Assembly (NCBI RefSeq): GCF_964355755.1
Contig: NC_092676.1
Coordinates: 6,115,888 to 6,179,887, forward strand
DNA: 64,000 nt
From: Antedon mediterranea
Taxonomy: Eukaryota > Animalia > Echinodermata
Direction: 5' to 3'
The position numbers were made by a program, and so were the translations under genes. Of this stretch, positions 1 through 12,300 are shown in pieces. Position 1 is the first letter of the stretch; each line of letters opens with the position of its first letter. The notes beneath the pieces were generated by a model. It had not been told where the DNA came from, made no database searches, and was given only the letters and a program-made list of their open reading frames with translations.

Positions 1-3000
1 TCACACAGCATTTTTTTATACGAATTGATTATTCATGAATTGAATGTATTTTGTATTTTGGCGAATTCGGCTTTCCATAGTTAAAATAGGGAAAGCCAAA
101 TTGGCGAATTTAGAAGATTGATTAGTTTTTACATAATTCTATCAGAGCATGCCCTTCCTTTTAATACTTTGTTAATGCTTGCCATATGTTTTATAAACAC
201 ATGTATATATTTTTTGCTTAGTTAAATTTACTGTATTGGTAATATAAAACATTCTTGATTTAAAACCAGTTTAAAATATTGATTTATTGCATCCCTTTCG
301 TGTTCCCCTTAGTCCACGTGTTTTATGTTCTAGGTTCTATTAAGTACACGGCCACCAGTGATTTGATTATTAAAACAAGGACGTTGTATTTCCAAGGATA
401 GACTTCAGAGTTTATTACGAACACACTGAATTTGAAGTTGAATTATTTTTGTTCATGAGATGGCATGTAGGCCTTGTATTAGTATAGGTATCTATATAAA
501 TACTTAGGCACACTAAACATGCACTTATGTACGTATTCATCGAGAGGAGAGCTACTAAAGGGTGGTTGTTGGTTATCTGTCGTCTCGCGTCGCATAGTAC
601 TGTAGTCTAGTTTCTAGACAAAAATTAGTAAAAAGATAAATATTTTGGCACATATGGCGTCTCATACGTATAATATTCGAGCTCACATTTTTTCATACAA
701 AAATCGAAACGCCGACTGGTGGACTAGCATAAAAAGGCAATACATTATAGAATTGGGGAAAATCTAGTCGCATAGAAGTGTAGTACTGTACCAGGGTACG
801 AAGTTTTAGAGTGAGATTATATTAAAATTTTATTTTTAGTAACAATTGAATTGATTAATCTCTCGTACGTTTATAGCTTACATTGGGGTGGGATTATACT
901 CGAGCATTATTGTATAACGCGCGATTTAAACTTAACACGTAAAACACGTGCGCATGCACGAAGCTGGATCATCAAGGATGTACTACTGCTGTACAACCTT
1001 GTCACATGAGCTCGAGTAAATATTAATAATTATCATTTCCATTGACTTCATGCAATGCCTATTTGGCAAGAGTATATGGCAAAACGTGTCGATAATTTCA
1101 AGTTCCGTTTTGTATAAATCCACTTATTATCAAGAAAATCTGGACATTTTAATAGAAACATAAAAAGTAGCTACTAACTTAGTTTAGTCCTAGTCATTAG
1201 AATTTTTTTTTTCAATTTTGAACGTACGTTAATGTGTTTGTGTGCTGATACGAGTATAAGAGCATGTTTTAACATTATAAATGTATTTACAGTTGTGTCT
1301 GAGTGATAGGGGTTAATAAACTGAGACATCACCTAGTTCTGATATCCTACAAAAAATGTTTGTAGAAGAAGAATATAGATTCTACCTTTCAGCGTGTCTA
1401 CCAAACATACTCTAGAACTATACGTCAAATATGCTATTTTTACCTACCAAAATTGTTCATATTATGTTTCAAATTACTGCTGCGAGCAGATCTGGGGACA
1501 TAAACACACATTCAAACAAAAATTATTTAAGGGGCAACAGCTTTGAAGCAAAGGGAGGGGGATCTAAATTCAGATACATATTCTTCGTAATGTCTGGTAT
1601 ACTAATAATATAGCCATGACACTACTCGACATCGTAAATTGAACTTTTGGATTTAGTGTATGCCTACAGGGCAAAAACAAATTATATATGATGATGACCG
1701 AGACAGATTAGCGTCTCGAATATATTAGATGCTGATGATTGCAATGGTGCGACAGAGGAGAGGTGGAAGTATCCAGAACGTTGTTTGTTGCCGCAGCGAA
1801 CCGTACGGTACTATTCTATGGGCGCATATGCTGATTATGGCGCCCCATACTATATTCGATTGATTGATGATTGATTTTCACCATATTTTTTTTCCTGGTC
1901 ACAGCATTGCACTGAAAAAAAAAAAGGCTGCTATTTTCATGCAAACATGCTATAGGCCTTTTTGTAATTAGTGTACGCATTAAATTTGGTGTCAATTTTT
2001 TTACAATGTAAGTTTTCATTAGCCCTATTGAAACATGTTGTTTAAAAAAATGACGGAAAACTGTAATTTTGAAATAGGGGTCTATTGGTGATAGGCCTAC
2101 TGTGTAATTGACAGCATAAATGTTGGAAAACACTGTCACGAAAGGCATTATAAAGAAGGAAATTAACTTAATTGTTGGCCTTGGTATGGGAGAGTCAACT
2201 AAGGTGACAATCGATGTTATACAGTACAGAGTTTCATCATGAACTATATTTCATTCTTTGTTGTGTAACAAGGCCGTGATGGGCTGATAGGGGGAATTTT
2301 ACATTTCATATACGCGAGTAGGCCTACCACATTTACTGCTGGTTCTAAGAGAAAGTTTGTTTTTTCCCATTACAACGCGTTTTATAATTACTGGTTTCCG
2401 TTACAGATCGTATTTTGAAACGAGACCGAGACGCATTAAACACAACATTGTTTACGTAAACACAATGATATGTGGGCGGAATATCAAGACAATAAAGAGT
2501 TTATAATTATTTTAAACAATACACCGAATGTCTAGTGTATTTATGAATTTACACAACAAAGAAAATGTCTCTAAAATATCCCCCGTCAGAAAATATCGTC
2601 TATAAATTTGTACCTTGGTGGTTTCGTATTCCGTCGTAACAACCCTCCTCAGCTACACAGTCTAGACTTCTCCATTTTATGAACCACAAACCGGGAAAAA
2701 GGTTAGAACGCGAGTCAAAGTTTCCGACACCCAGGTGCCTAGTATATGTACCTGGTGATGAATAGATTGTTTGTATTATAATGCGAAAGAAAATAACTCA
2801 TTTTCTCCGTAGATCTAACAATCGTCAATAAATAATTCTACCGATTCTCAGTGCTGTCTCAACATACGACAATATTTGTCAAGTGTATCAGTGGACAATT
2901 CCATAAATACAGCATCACATGTGATACACATGTATGACGTAAGGCTGGGTTAGTAATAGTTTGTTTCCAATTTTGTAAGCCGAATTTATTACCCTGTCCC

Positions 3001-4869
3001 ATGTTAAATGTCAATGCACTTTATTCATTATGATTGAAATTGCCGAACAAACATGGCTAAGGCATGATTGAAATAAAAGCTGTCAAAATATTAATAAAAC
3101 ACAAATTAAAATCTAAAAAATAAAGAAAATGAAATGACAAAAAAAAAAGAAAATAACTCTACGTTATTATTATTAAGGTCATCCATCGTGTTCTGTCGAA
3201 TATTTACAATAAGCATATACATCAGAAAATCTTAGTTTAAGCTATTATGCCTATAATATAAAAATGTTAGTTTCACTTAACTACTTTTGGAACCGCATGA
3301 CGGTATTTCAATATTTACTTTAAATTAAAGAAATTATCGTATTTATTAATACGATTGAAAATCATTCAATTACTTTAAACATTACACGTTAAAATCGATT
3401 ATTATGGTTTTATCATTATAGTTCGTCGATATTTGGTACAAACTGAGAAAGATGGTTAAATATCACCATTTAAAAAAAAAAATATTTTTGTAAATTCAAT
3501 ATTTCACACTAGGGCTCCATTTTTAGTTTGTCGAAAAAGTAGCAAATCGTATTGGAAAGTTTCTTAATTAATAATTAAAATTAATCATTCTTGGACGTGA
3601 CAATAACAATTGTTTTGTCCTACAAAGAGAACAGTTATGAAAAACAGGTTAGCATTGAAGGAAGAAAAAGTAAATTCATAGGCATTGTCTTTATGCATTG
3701 TCAATAGTGACAAAGACAAATTGTAACAGTATTGTAATGTCTTTACACAATTTGTTGGTTCAGCCAATGTTTTTGATCAATGTACACTATTTGTCAGGTA
3801 AAATGAGTGCTTTAGACATGCAAACATTCTTAGGTAATTGTCTTGGACATTTCCTTTGACGGTTTTAAACGTTTGTTGTGGTTCTTTCCCTACCGTCACT
3901 GACAGGAAGTCACTCTAGGACGCGCGCGTATACAAAATAAATCCACTTACAGTCTAGTATTCCGTTAATCTAACAGTGACCATTATTCTATTACGATCTT
4001 TGTGACGTATAAGGTGATTGAGAACGTGTGGTTTCCCCTGGGGTGAACGTAAAGCAAGTCAGGAAATGAAGAGAATGATAGGGAAAAAAGTGAAAGGATT
4101 CGCAGAACAAAGTTGACAATAACTAAACATAGTATTTGACTTATATTAATAGTAATTTTAGCATAAAAATGATTAAGTTGCGGGTTTTCCAATGCTTATA
4201 CTTTTAATTTAAATACGAAAATAAAGAGGCCTTTTTTCTCTATCCTTTGATGTTATTTTTATAGTGGTTTCAGCCTCAAATGTTTTACATTGTCTTTTCT
4301 CTAAAATAGGTCTAAATATCTCTGTTGTTTACATCGTCCTTGTGTACACATTTTAATGTATATAGGTCTTTAGTCACAGTTTAGGACATCCCTGTTCAAG
4401 AAACAAAGATACCTTCTCGTAAACGAATGAAGGACATTTACGTTTTGACACGTCACGGACGACTCCTATTGTTGGGGACACTCTTTGTAGGTTCCTACGG
4501 TGTCCCCTCTAGGTGTTCTACAATAGGCTACTATTGCAAGATAGAGACACCCTACCCCCTGTTATCGGTAGTGCACACAGCCTCTCCTGTGTTTATAGGT
4601 TTTTATCACATGGCCAACCCATATTTTAACCGAAACTTGGTTGAATTCGGAATGTTCCGTGTCTCCCCCCCCCCCTTCCCATAGGCGTACCGTATTACTT
4701 TGCTTACTTCTGCCACCAGTGTATTGACACAGAAATAAACAAAGTGATTGGCTGCTTGTTCGGCGGCTGGTCTGGTTTCATCGTGATTTTTATTTGTCTC
4801 AAATTATTATAGTTTTTATGTTTTTTATTCTGATATAAGTTTAATTCTCAATCGCATGTTTTACATCCG

Positions 4870-4986
4870 TTTTCAGTCGCGTGGACGCGACTCTATAGTT
4901 CACTATGTCGGTCGGTCTGTCGGTCTGTCTGTCGGTCCGGTATCACTATGCATTTTAGCACGCGACTTATGGCTGTTGGCCTTGTT
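4870..4986 (+). mobile_element. Helentron-associated (HINE/DINE-1-like) non-autonomous element
   Basis: 5' hairpin AGTCGCGT-gg-ACGCGACT, (GTCG/GTCT)n microsatellite, second ACGCGACT at ~4960, short 3' stem-loop GGCTGTTGGCC, T-rich flanks. Confidence 0.7.
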
Positions 4987-5562
4987 ATGTTCTTATGTTA
5001 ACGAATCGTGTAAAAATGCCATATTAGTAGATTGTACTTGAACGTTACTTGTTCGTTTCCCTTTAGCCTTATGATCTTATTAAGTTATTCCTGGGTGCAT
5101 TGTGGGACTACTTTTACGTCATAATGTTGTTGAGTCAACGATATTTTTATTTTCATACATTTTTCTGTCATCATATTAACAAAATAATATTTATTTTAAA
5201 TGTGTTAATAACTTAATAGGATTGAGATTTGGTGACTGTCATTTAATAATTTTGTATATAAGAACATTAAATAAAAATTACTTTTATCTTACCGTCAACC
5301 TTAGACACGCGGTCACACGGGACAAAAGTGAAGTCAACTCAATTTAAATCATGAGTTACAATATGAACAAAAATATAGAATCAAAAGTGATTTTTACATA
5401 TATTTATATAATGCAAGTTATTCATTATTAATTTAGATTATTAGCGATTAATTAAATAAGTAACCTAGTACCTGTTGATTGGAGAAAATGAACATTTATA
5501 TTACGGGACTATTTTTTATGTGGAAATAAAGTAGGAATATGTGGTTATCATTCCAGAACTAA

Positions 5563-5724
5563 AGCTCTTTCTACACTATCAAACTTTATGTGACATCAAA
5601 ATGTGATGTGCCCATATATGGAAGTGATGATGTCATATCACTACCATTATTTGGGCGTATCACTACCATATTTGGGCCCATCACATTTTTTTTGTCAAAC
5701 TAGTTTAATAGTGTAGACAGAGCT
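5563..5724 (+). mobile_element. MITE family A (PIF/Harbinger-type), copy 1
   Basis: TIR AGCTCTGTCTACACTATCAAA / TTTGATAGTGTAGACAGAGCT, internal 21-bp CATATCACTACCATATTTGGG repeats, TWA-type flanks. Confidence 0.85.
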
Positions 5725-5826
5725 AGCTTTAAGCTACATTCACACGTCACAAAAAAGCAAGAGTTTTTAGCTAGGCGATGTGAAATGGTATATACTGTGT
5801 ATTGAGAAGGATTGCTGTAGGCCTAC

Positions 5827-5976
5827 AGCTCTGTCTACACGATCAAACAAGTTTGACAAAAATGTGTGATGTGCCTAAATATGGTAGTGATATGCTTAAA
5901 TATCGTAGTTATATGACATCATTATATCCATATACAGTATGATGACCACATAAAGTTTGATAGTGTAGACAGAGCT
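5827..5976 (-). mobile_element. MITE family A, copy 2 (opposite orientation)
   Basis: Same TIRs, internal sequence reversed relative to copy 1. Confidence 0.85.
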
Positions 5977-8900
5977 TTAGTTTCCTTTATGATTAATAAG
6001 CCTATTTTTTAATTCCCTTTACACACGACTTGCCAATTACAAGATTTGAAACAAAGAAAATCGTTAGGGATCATGTAAACATTATCCTACTGTAATTACT
6101 GCGGTAACTACATTTACTGGAATAATGCATGCCTTTAGTTTGTTTAATAGCAGAAGTCTGGCAGCCGATACAACAATCAGATTTCCTCAAAAAAGCCCTA
6201 AATAATTGCATAGACAGGTTAAAGAGTAAACAAAATTTAGTTACTGCAGTAACTGCAGTATAAAAGAATGATTTTGTAGTGAGTATTTAACATTTTAAGC
6301 ATGGCACAGTGCCAGAATTTGAAGCTAAGAGTAAGACCCACACAAACAAGCAAGGGAACCCAGCTACAATGTCCCTATCTTATAATCTTCTTGCTGATTT
6401 TTCTTTATGTTAACTAGAAAGATTTCTCTATTAATTACTAGTAAGCAAAAAGGGCATGAAAACGCGATATATCGCCATCGGTAAAATGTGTCCTCTAATA
6501 GTTTTAGACTTCTTGTCCCAAGTCAGTATTTATCGTCTGTTTTATGTTAGTCCACCTGTCTGAAAAATACGAGCTCATGTATTATACGTATTAAACGCCA
6601 TATGTGCCAAAATATTTATCTTTTTACTAATTTCGATCTAGAACCCAAACTACTACAATCATCAAGCGGGCATCTTCAGGGATCCCTGAATAGTGGTTGG
6701 TTGTATTTCGATCCCCTTGTTCATTTCATGGGGGAAATCCCCAAAAGGTTCTGCTATACATAATTGTATTTAAGCACTGCTCTGGGACGTGACATAGGAC
6801 TGCAATTCGAAAAAAAACCTACACTTTGTTGTTGAATTCACCGTAGTGTTGTTCATGCTCTATATATATCTTCGAAATTGTTTTTACCAGAATTCTCCAG
6901 ATAATTTGATTGCCAGAAAGTTCACCGTGGGAATTAATAAGGTACAACCAGGTGTACAGTTGTCGACAAGTTTGTTGAGAACTTAAGGGGCCTATTATAG
7001 AACTAGCTTACCAATGGTGTGTACAGAGTTAATGATTTAAAAACAATCAAATAGGGCAAAGGGTCCTCTATATTGAGGCCTATAATCAAGATATGTTAGC
7101 TATATTATGATGCGGAATCTACCTTTGACCTTGACGACTGGATAGCTCTTCTGAGGGTTACAGAGAAAAATGCGTGTCGGGAATGTTAAGTTCAAAACCA
7201 TTCTGGTATGTTGTCTTCCACACGTTGGCGGTAAAATCATTTTCGGCTGTCAAAATAGACTTTGATAATGATATACAAAATATGCCTACAGATTAAAATA
7301 TTGTTTTGTTCAATTGTCGCAGTCGTATTCCTCTTTCTATTAAAAAAAAATGGAATATTGAATTTGAGTAATATTTACGGTATTTAATATATCAGAGTGA
7401 TGGGGAGCCGACGTATTACCTTTATTATTAATAATCCCATTTTTATGTAAATTATTGAGTTAAAATTTATATGATTATGTACCAGCAGTTTATTCAGAGG
7501 AGATTAAATATTAACTTTTTATGTTTTGAAATACCAGATGATATAGAAAGTTGCTTACTGCTCAGAATATACCACTCTATAAATATTTGTATTTATAGAG
7601 GGCAGTATGCATATTTACAGCTCCATCAGAAAGAAAGCGTTACTGTATTAAAGTCATTGCACTTAAAAAATCTAGGAATATTCAGGATTAATTCCCAATC
7701 AAAGTTTATTAAAATGCAAAAATAAGGTCATTAAATATCTGTCAAATCTGCACCGAACTCAATGAAAATGTACATACCGCCCTCTATAGATCTACTTCAA
7801 ACTTTTATTAATGAATACAGGTGTAACTGATTTCTCTATGGTTTTCAACGGAATACGATAAATGTGGGTTTTATGATATATCGTAATTAATATTCGAAAG
7901 TTCAACACCACCTAACGTAAACAACACCTTGTTATCGCGTCGATGCAATAGTAATGCAAGCAGACACACACGTATTAATTTTCCTGTGAAATAAATATCT
8001 GTCTTTGGTTTTTACTACTCATTTCCCCGACGATCTCTCATGCTTTTATCGTTAGCGTGCAAACTTACCGTCATGTACAAACCTATTATTGTTATAGGAC
8101 TATATTATGACATTTCTTATTATTATTATATTATTATTATTATTTCTTATTTCCTTCTATGAAATATGAATCTATTACTTACTTTCTGTATTTTAAATAA
8201 AATGAAATAATATTAACCATAATGAAAGACGTTATTGTATGTTCATTGTTTTTGCAATAATTTATTATGTGCCAAAAATAGTATTTATAATAATCTCTTA
8301 AATGTTATTGTTAGGTTATTTTAAAACTAATTAAAAAATGTTTAGGTATTTTAATTATGTGCTACAAATTTATTTTTTTTAACAATCCCTTAAATGTTAT
8401 TGTAGGGCCTAAATAAATAAATATTTTAAACTGATTTAAACCAAATGAAACGTACCATAGGCCCTTTGTTTGTTGATGGTAAACTAGTTGTTTTATTTGT
8501 ATGTCATCATTAAACATAAATAGTAAATTTAAATAAAATAAAAATATAATAATTAATGTCTGATATATTTATTACTGTATACTGTGCCATTAAAATTTAT
8601 ATTCGATATTTTAAAAGGACCTGTCGTGTTTTTGGTTCACTTACGGTCATCGTCCTACTTTTCAATGTACAATTTTCAAAGCAAACTTTGCCACAAAATG
8701 TACACACAATAAAACCTATTCAAATTATCTTTTAACAAGAACAAGTAAACATTCCAATCATCAATTTATCAGCCGAAAAGAATTTCTTCTAGACTATACC
8801 ATTTTGATTATGGGTAATTAAAAATAATTTCACTAATTTACTTGAGGCCAGACATTGCGTAAATTGCATTAATATGTATTTCCCAACTGGCATAATGATT

Positions 8901-8985
8901 TATAATTTGGGTAGTCTGGTAATTTTGTTTACGTTATGTGCAATGTTGTATGGTAAATGTAATATTAAAATGTTTTTCTCTGGAT

Positions 8986-9012
8986 CGGAAATGATAAGTA
9001 CCGCGCATGCGT
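8986..9012 (+). promoter_or_regulatory. Putative qki proximal promoter elements (NRF1/P3A2-like GCGCATGCGT; ETS-like CGGAAAT)
   Basis: GCGCATGCGT at 9003-9012 and CGGAAAT at 8986-8992, about 100 bp upstream of the preferred ATG, at the edge of a very AT-rich region. Motif match only. Confidence 0.4.
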
Positions 9013-9102
9013 GTTAATGTCGAAGGAAACAACTTGACTCAAGCTAGCTGCAAGGTTTTCGCTATGTTGTCTAGTTGGTACACGAGAGTTTTGAACAACA
9101 AA

Positions 9103-9358
9103 ATGACGACGACGATGCAAATGTCTATCCCTGTCCCGCAACAGAATGTCTGCGAACTTCCAAAAGTTTTAACAGTACAACAGCCAACAATGAACAATAC
9201 AGCGAATAACAACGGTGCACCTAAGACACCAGAAGAAACAGAAACTAAGTTAAATTTACCTTCAACACCTGAATATTTGGCACAACTGTATAAAGACAGA
9301 GGGTCGTTCGAGCTATTTCCAAATATGTTTCTTCACGCCTCAAGACTAATCGAAGAAG
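9103..9358 (+). CDS. qki: qki coding exon 1 (N-terminal extension + QUA1 dimerisation domain)
   Basis: Encodes ...[33 protein letters not shown], similar to QKI PTPDYLMQL...HLERLLDEE. Donor G|gtaggc at 9359. ATG 9103 (acaaaATG) is preferred; in-frame ATGs at 9007, 9064, 9115, 9121 and 9190 are alternatives. Confidence 0.88.
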
Positions 9359-12300
9359 GTAGGCAGTGTTTTGTGTTCGTTTGGGCCTAGAATTTGAGTG
9401 TAGATAAACTTAGAAATTGAGACGTTGATGTACATGTTGTTTTCAGCACTGATATCATGTTTCTTATTAGTTATGTTAATCACTGCGTTCCTGACATTTG
9501 ACGACTAACTGACCTAATTTCATATGATAAAGCTTGAATCAGTTTAGGCAGGGAGTTTAGCTAGCCACCATACAGGAAGTAAATATTGTACGGTGTGGTG
9601 ACTCAAGGAAAGCATGATTCGTTTCTTCAACGAACGTTCAATTTATTGTAAAAGATCTTTATCAAAATGATTTTGAAATTAATCTGTATGGTATTGTAAG
9701 TTTGGTTAAATATGTGGTACCCTGTTGAGATGATCTGCTGACCTTTTCATAACTATCAGTATTTTCCATTTAATTCACATTCTTTGAATTCCAAACTGTA
9801 CATTGTTCTTTTACCAGCATGGTGCTGACACCATAGAATATGCAAATAACTAATAAAAATATGTAATATTACGATTAGTCAACCATCATCTGTTAGTACA
9901 AAATAAATATTGTATTTTTGATAAAAGTTTGTCAAATGCTTGTATTGTATTGACTGTCAAAGATGACCGCCTGAGGTATAAATAAAATCAAACAGCAGTG
10001 CATTGAGTAGTACGATTTATAATGTTTATTTGAAATTAAATGATTGAATGTATATTTTCGTTTTAACCACCAAAACTTTCCTCTTGAAATTAATTCACAG
10101 TTTTGTATTGTATAACTTGTATTAGGCTTTATACTGATAGTATTTTTATTGGACATTGTTGTAGTAGTACAGACTAGTACATTAATTATTATAAATTAAA
10201 TCTTTTGATAAACAATTACATAATTGTGTAGATTATCATTGGATTTAGAAAATAAATGATAAACCAACTTTAATAATTAATATTTAATGTAATTCACGTT
10301 TAACTATAATAATACTTATTAATGTGATTACTGGTTTTATGTTACAGTTAAAAATGTTAATGTTGAGTTCATCTCGTTTCATCGCCATCATCACCAGTAA
10401 ATATCAATAATAATGACTAGAAAGCATACAGTATCTCATGAATGCAAATTGCTAGAATATGTAATTTTTGCATCAATATTATGGTTAAAAATAAACTACA
10501 TTGCTTTACATTAAACTCCACTGTACATTTTAAAACTGAACATATATTTGTTAGGTTATTTTTGCTATTTTCACTGTAGAGTATTGTATACGAAGTACTG
10601 TAAAATTTTCAAATGACAGTTTTGTACTGTCAGTGTAATTGTACACTATTCAGTACTTGGATATTTTTTTCATCATTCAATAATGAACTGTATTTTTGTT
10701 TCTGTCTTCTTAATAATTATAATAATTGGCAGAGAAGTATACAGTACAAAATTAAACGAATACTGTATGATATTGTTTAACGTCAATTGATGTATATCTT
10801 GAGGATTTAATACTCAAGAATTTTACTGTAGCAAGCACCATTTTATTTCCTGTAGTATGGTTACACTTTTAATCTTGAAATTCCATCACAGGTAAAAAGC
10901 CTAAAAGATTAATCCATGTGAATAAAAGGGATTGTGAAATTAGGTTTAGGTACAATTACAAACCCCTTGTACACTTAATACAACCCTGGTTTAGTTGTAC
11001 TGTATAGCTTACTGTATAGAGGTTCCTTTAATTCCTAAAGTTCTCTTTGTGCAATGTCAAAGGACAGGCACAGAAGATTTTATCATTAATCCTAAAGTCA
11101 TTCTAATGACATATTGGCATGTATACGGATTGTGATGTTCACATAGGATCTTTATCAATCAGCAGAGGCCTTGGAAACTTTGTCAAAAAACTAGTAATCA
11201 ATTCCTTATATGGTAATGCTTATGCTTTACTTAGAAAGATGAGGAAGACCATGTCATTTCAAAATTGAATTATTTAGATTTAAAGCAATGTTTTTTGTAA
11301 TAATTTTTAATGAATCCAAAAATTGGATTCGAAGTTAAGATAAAATCTAATTTTAATGCAATTAATTAATTTATAATAATAACCCCATTTTTATCACGTT
11401 ATTTGTTTATTATTTAAATTTTATCTCTGAATGAAGCCAACTTCATGTATAAAATACCCTAGATTTATTATTTTATTATATTAATAATTAATTAAATTAA
11501 ATATTTATATTCTAACAACAACTTCTAAATTTGATTAAAGGCTTTTTCATCACTAAATTAGTATAAATTCAAGTACATTTTCCCATTTTACAATGATATT
11601 ACACACATGAGAATTATGACTAACGCACTAATAATGTTTCAAGTAATTTCTAAGTTGCTGTACCGCATGCGTAAAATCGCCCACCAAATTAGGAATGCGT
11701 AAAAACAAAAATGTGTGTGTGTTGGATTAAATAATAAAATATCAAATATTCGGTAATAACTGATTAGTATAGTGTACCAAATTTGTAAAATTTAAAACAT
11801 TTTTTTCATTGACATTTGTTTTTTAGGAAAATAAGAAATTTTAAATCTACAGAACATACAGTAAATGACACAGTTTACTGTATGTACAGTACTGTATACA
11901 TACAGTACTGTACACGGCAGTAGACTACTGTGTAAAATACTGTACCTGGTACATCATGAACAGTACAGTACTTGCTAATCTGAAAAATGATTAATAAAGA
12001 AATATATTTAACATAGTTTTCTTTGTTTATTTACTGTGAATAAACTTAATTATGTTTGTACACCTTTCGTCAAATGTACTGTTTAATGTAGATGCCTTTA
12101 CGCTACTGCACTGCATCAATACTTTGTATGAAAATTGCCTCATATTGCTATTGCTATTGATTGAGGGCTGAGTGAATTAAGCCTATATCGGACTTCACAT
12201 AATAACTGCATAGCTTCGTTCAGTTGGAAATAGATCAAAATCGGTAATCAAATTGACTAGTACGTCGGAAAATTGATTTCTCTTGCTTGGTTCGTGCACG

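Noticed and set aside
9359-9390. ORF 9007-9390 as a standalone 127-aa protein
   Set aside because: QUA1 homology continues in exon 2 after the donor at 9359; the rest is intron read-through.
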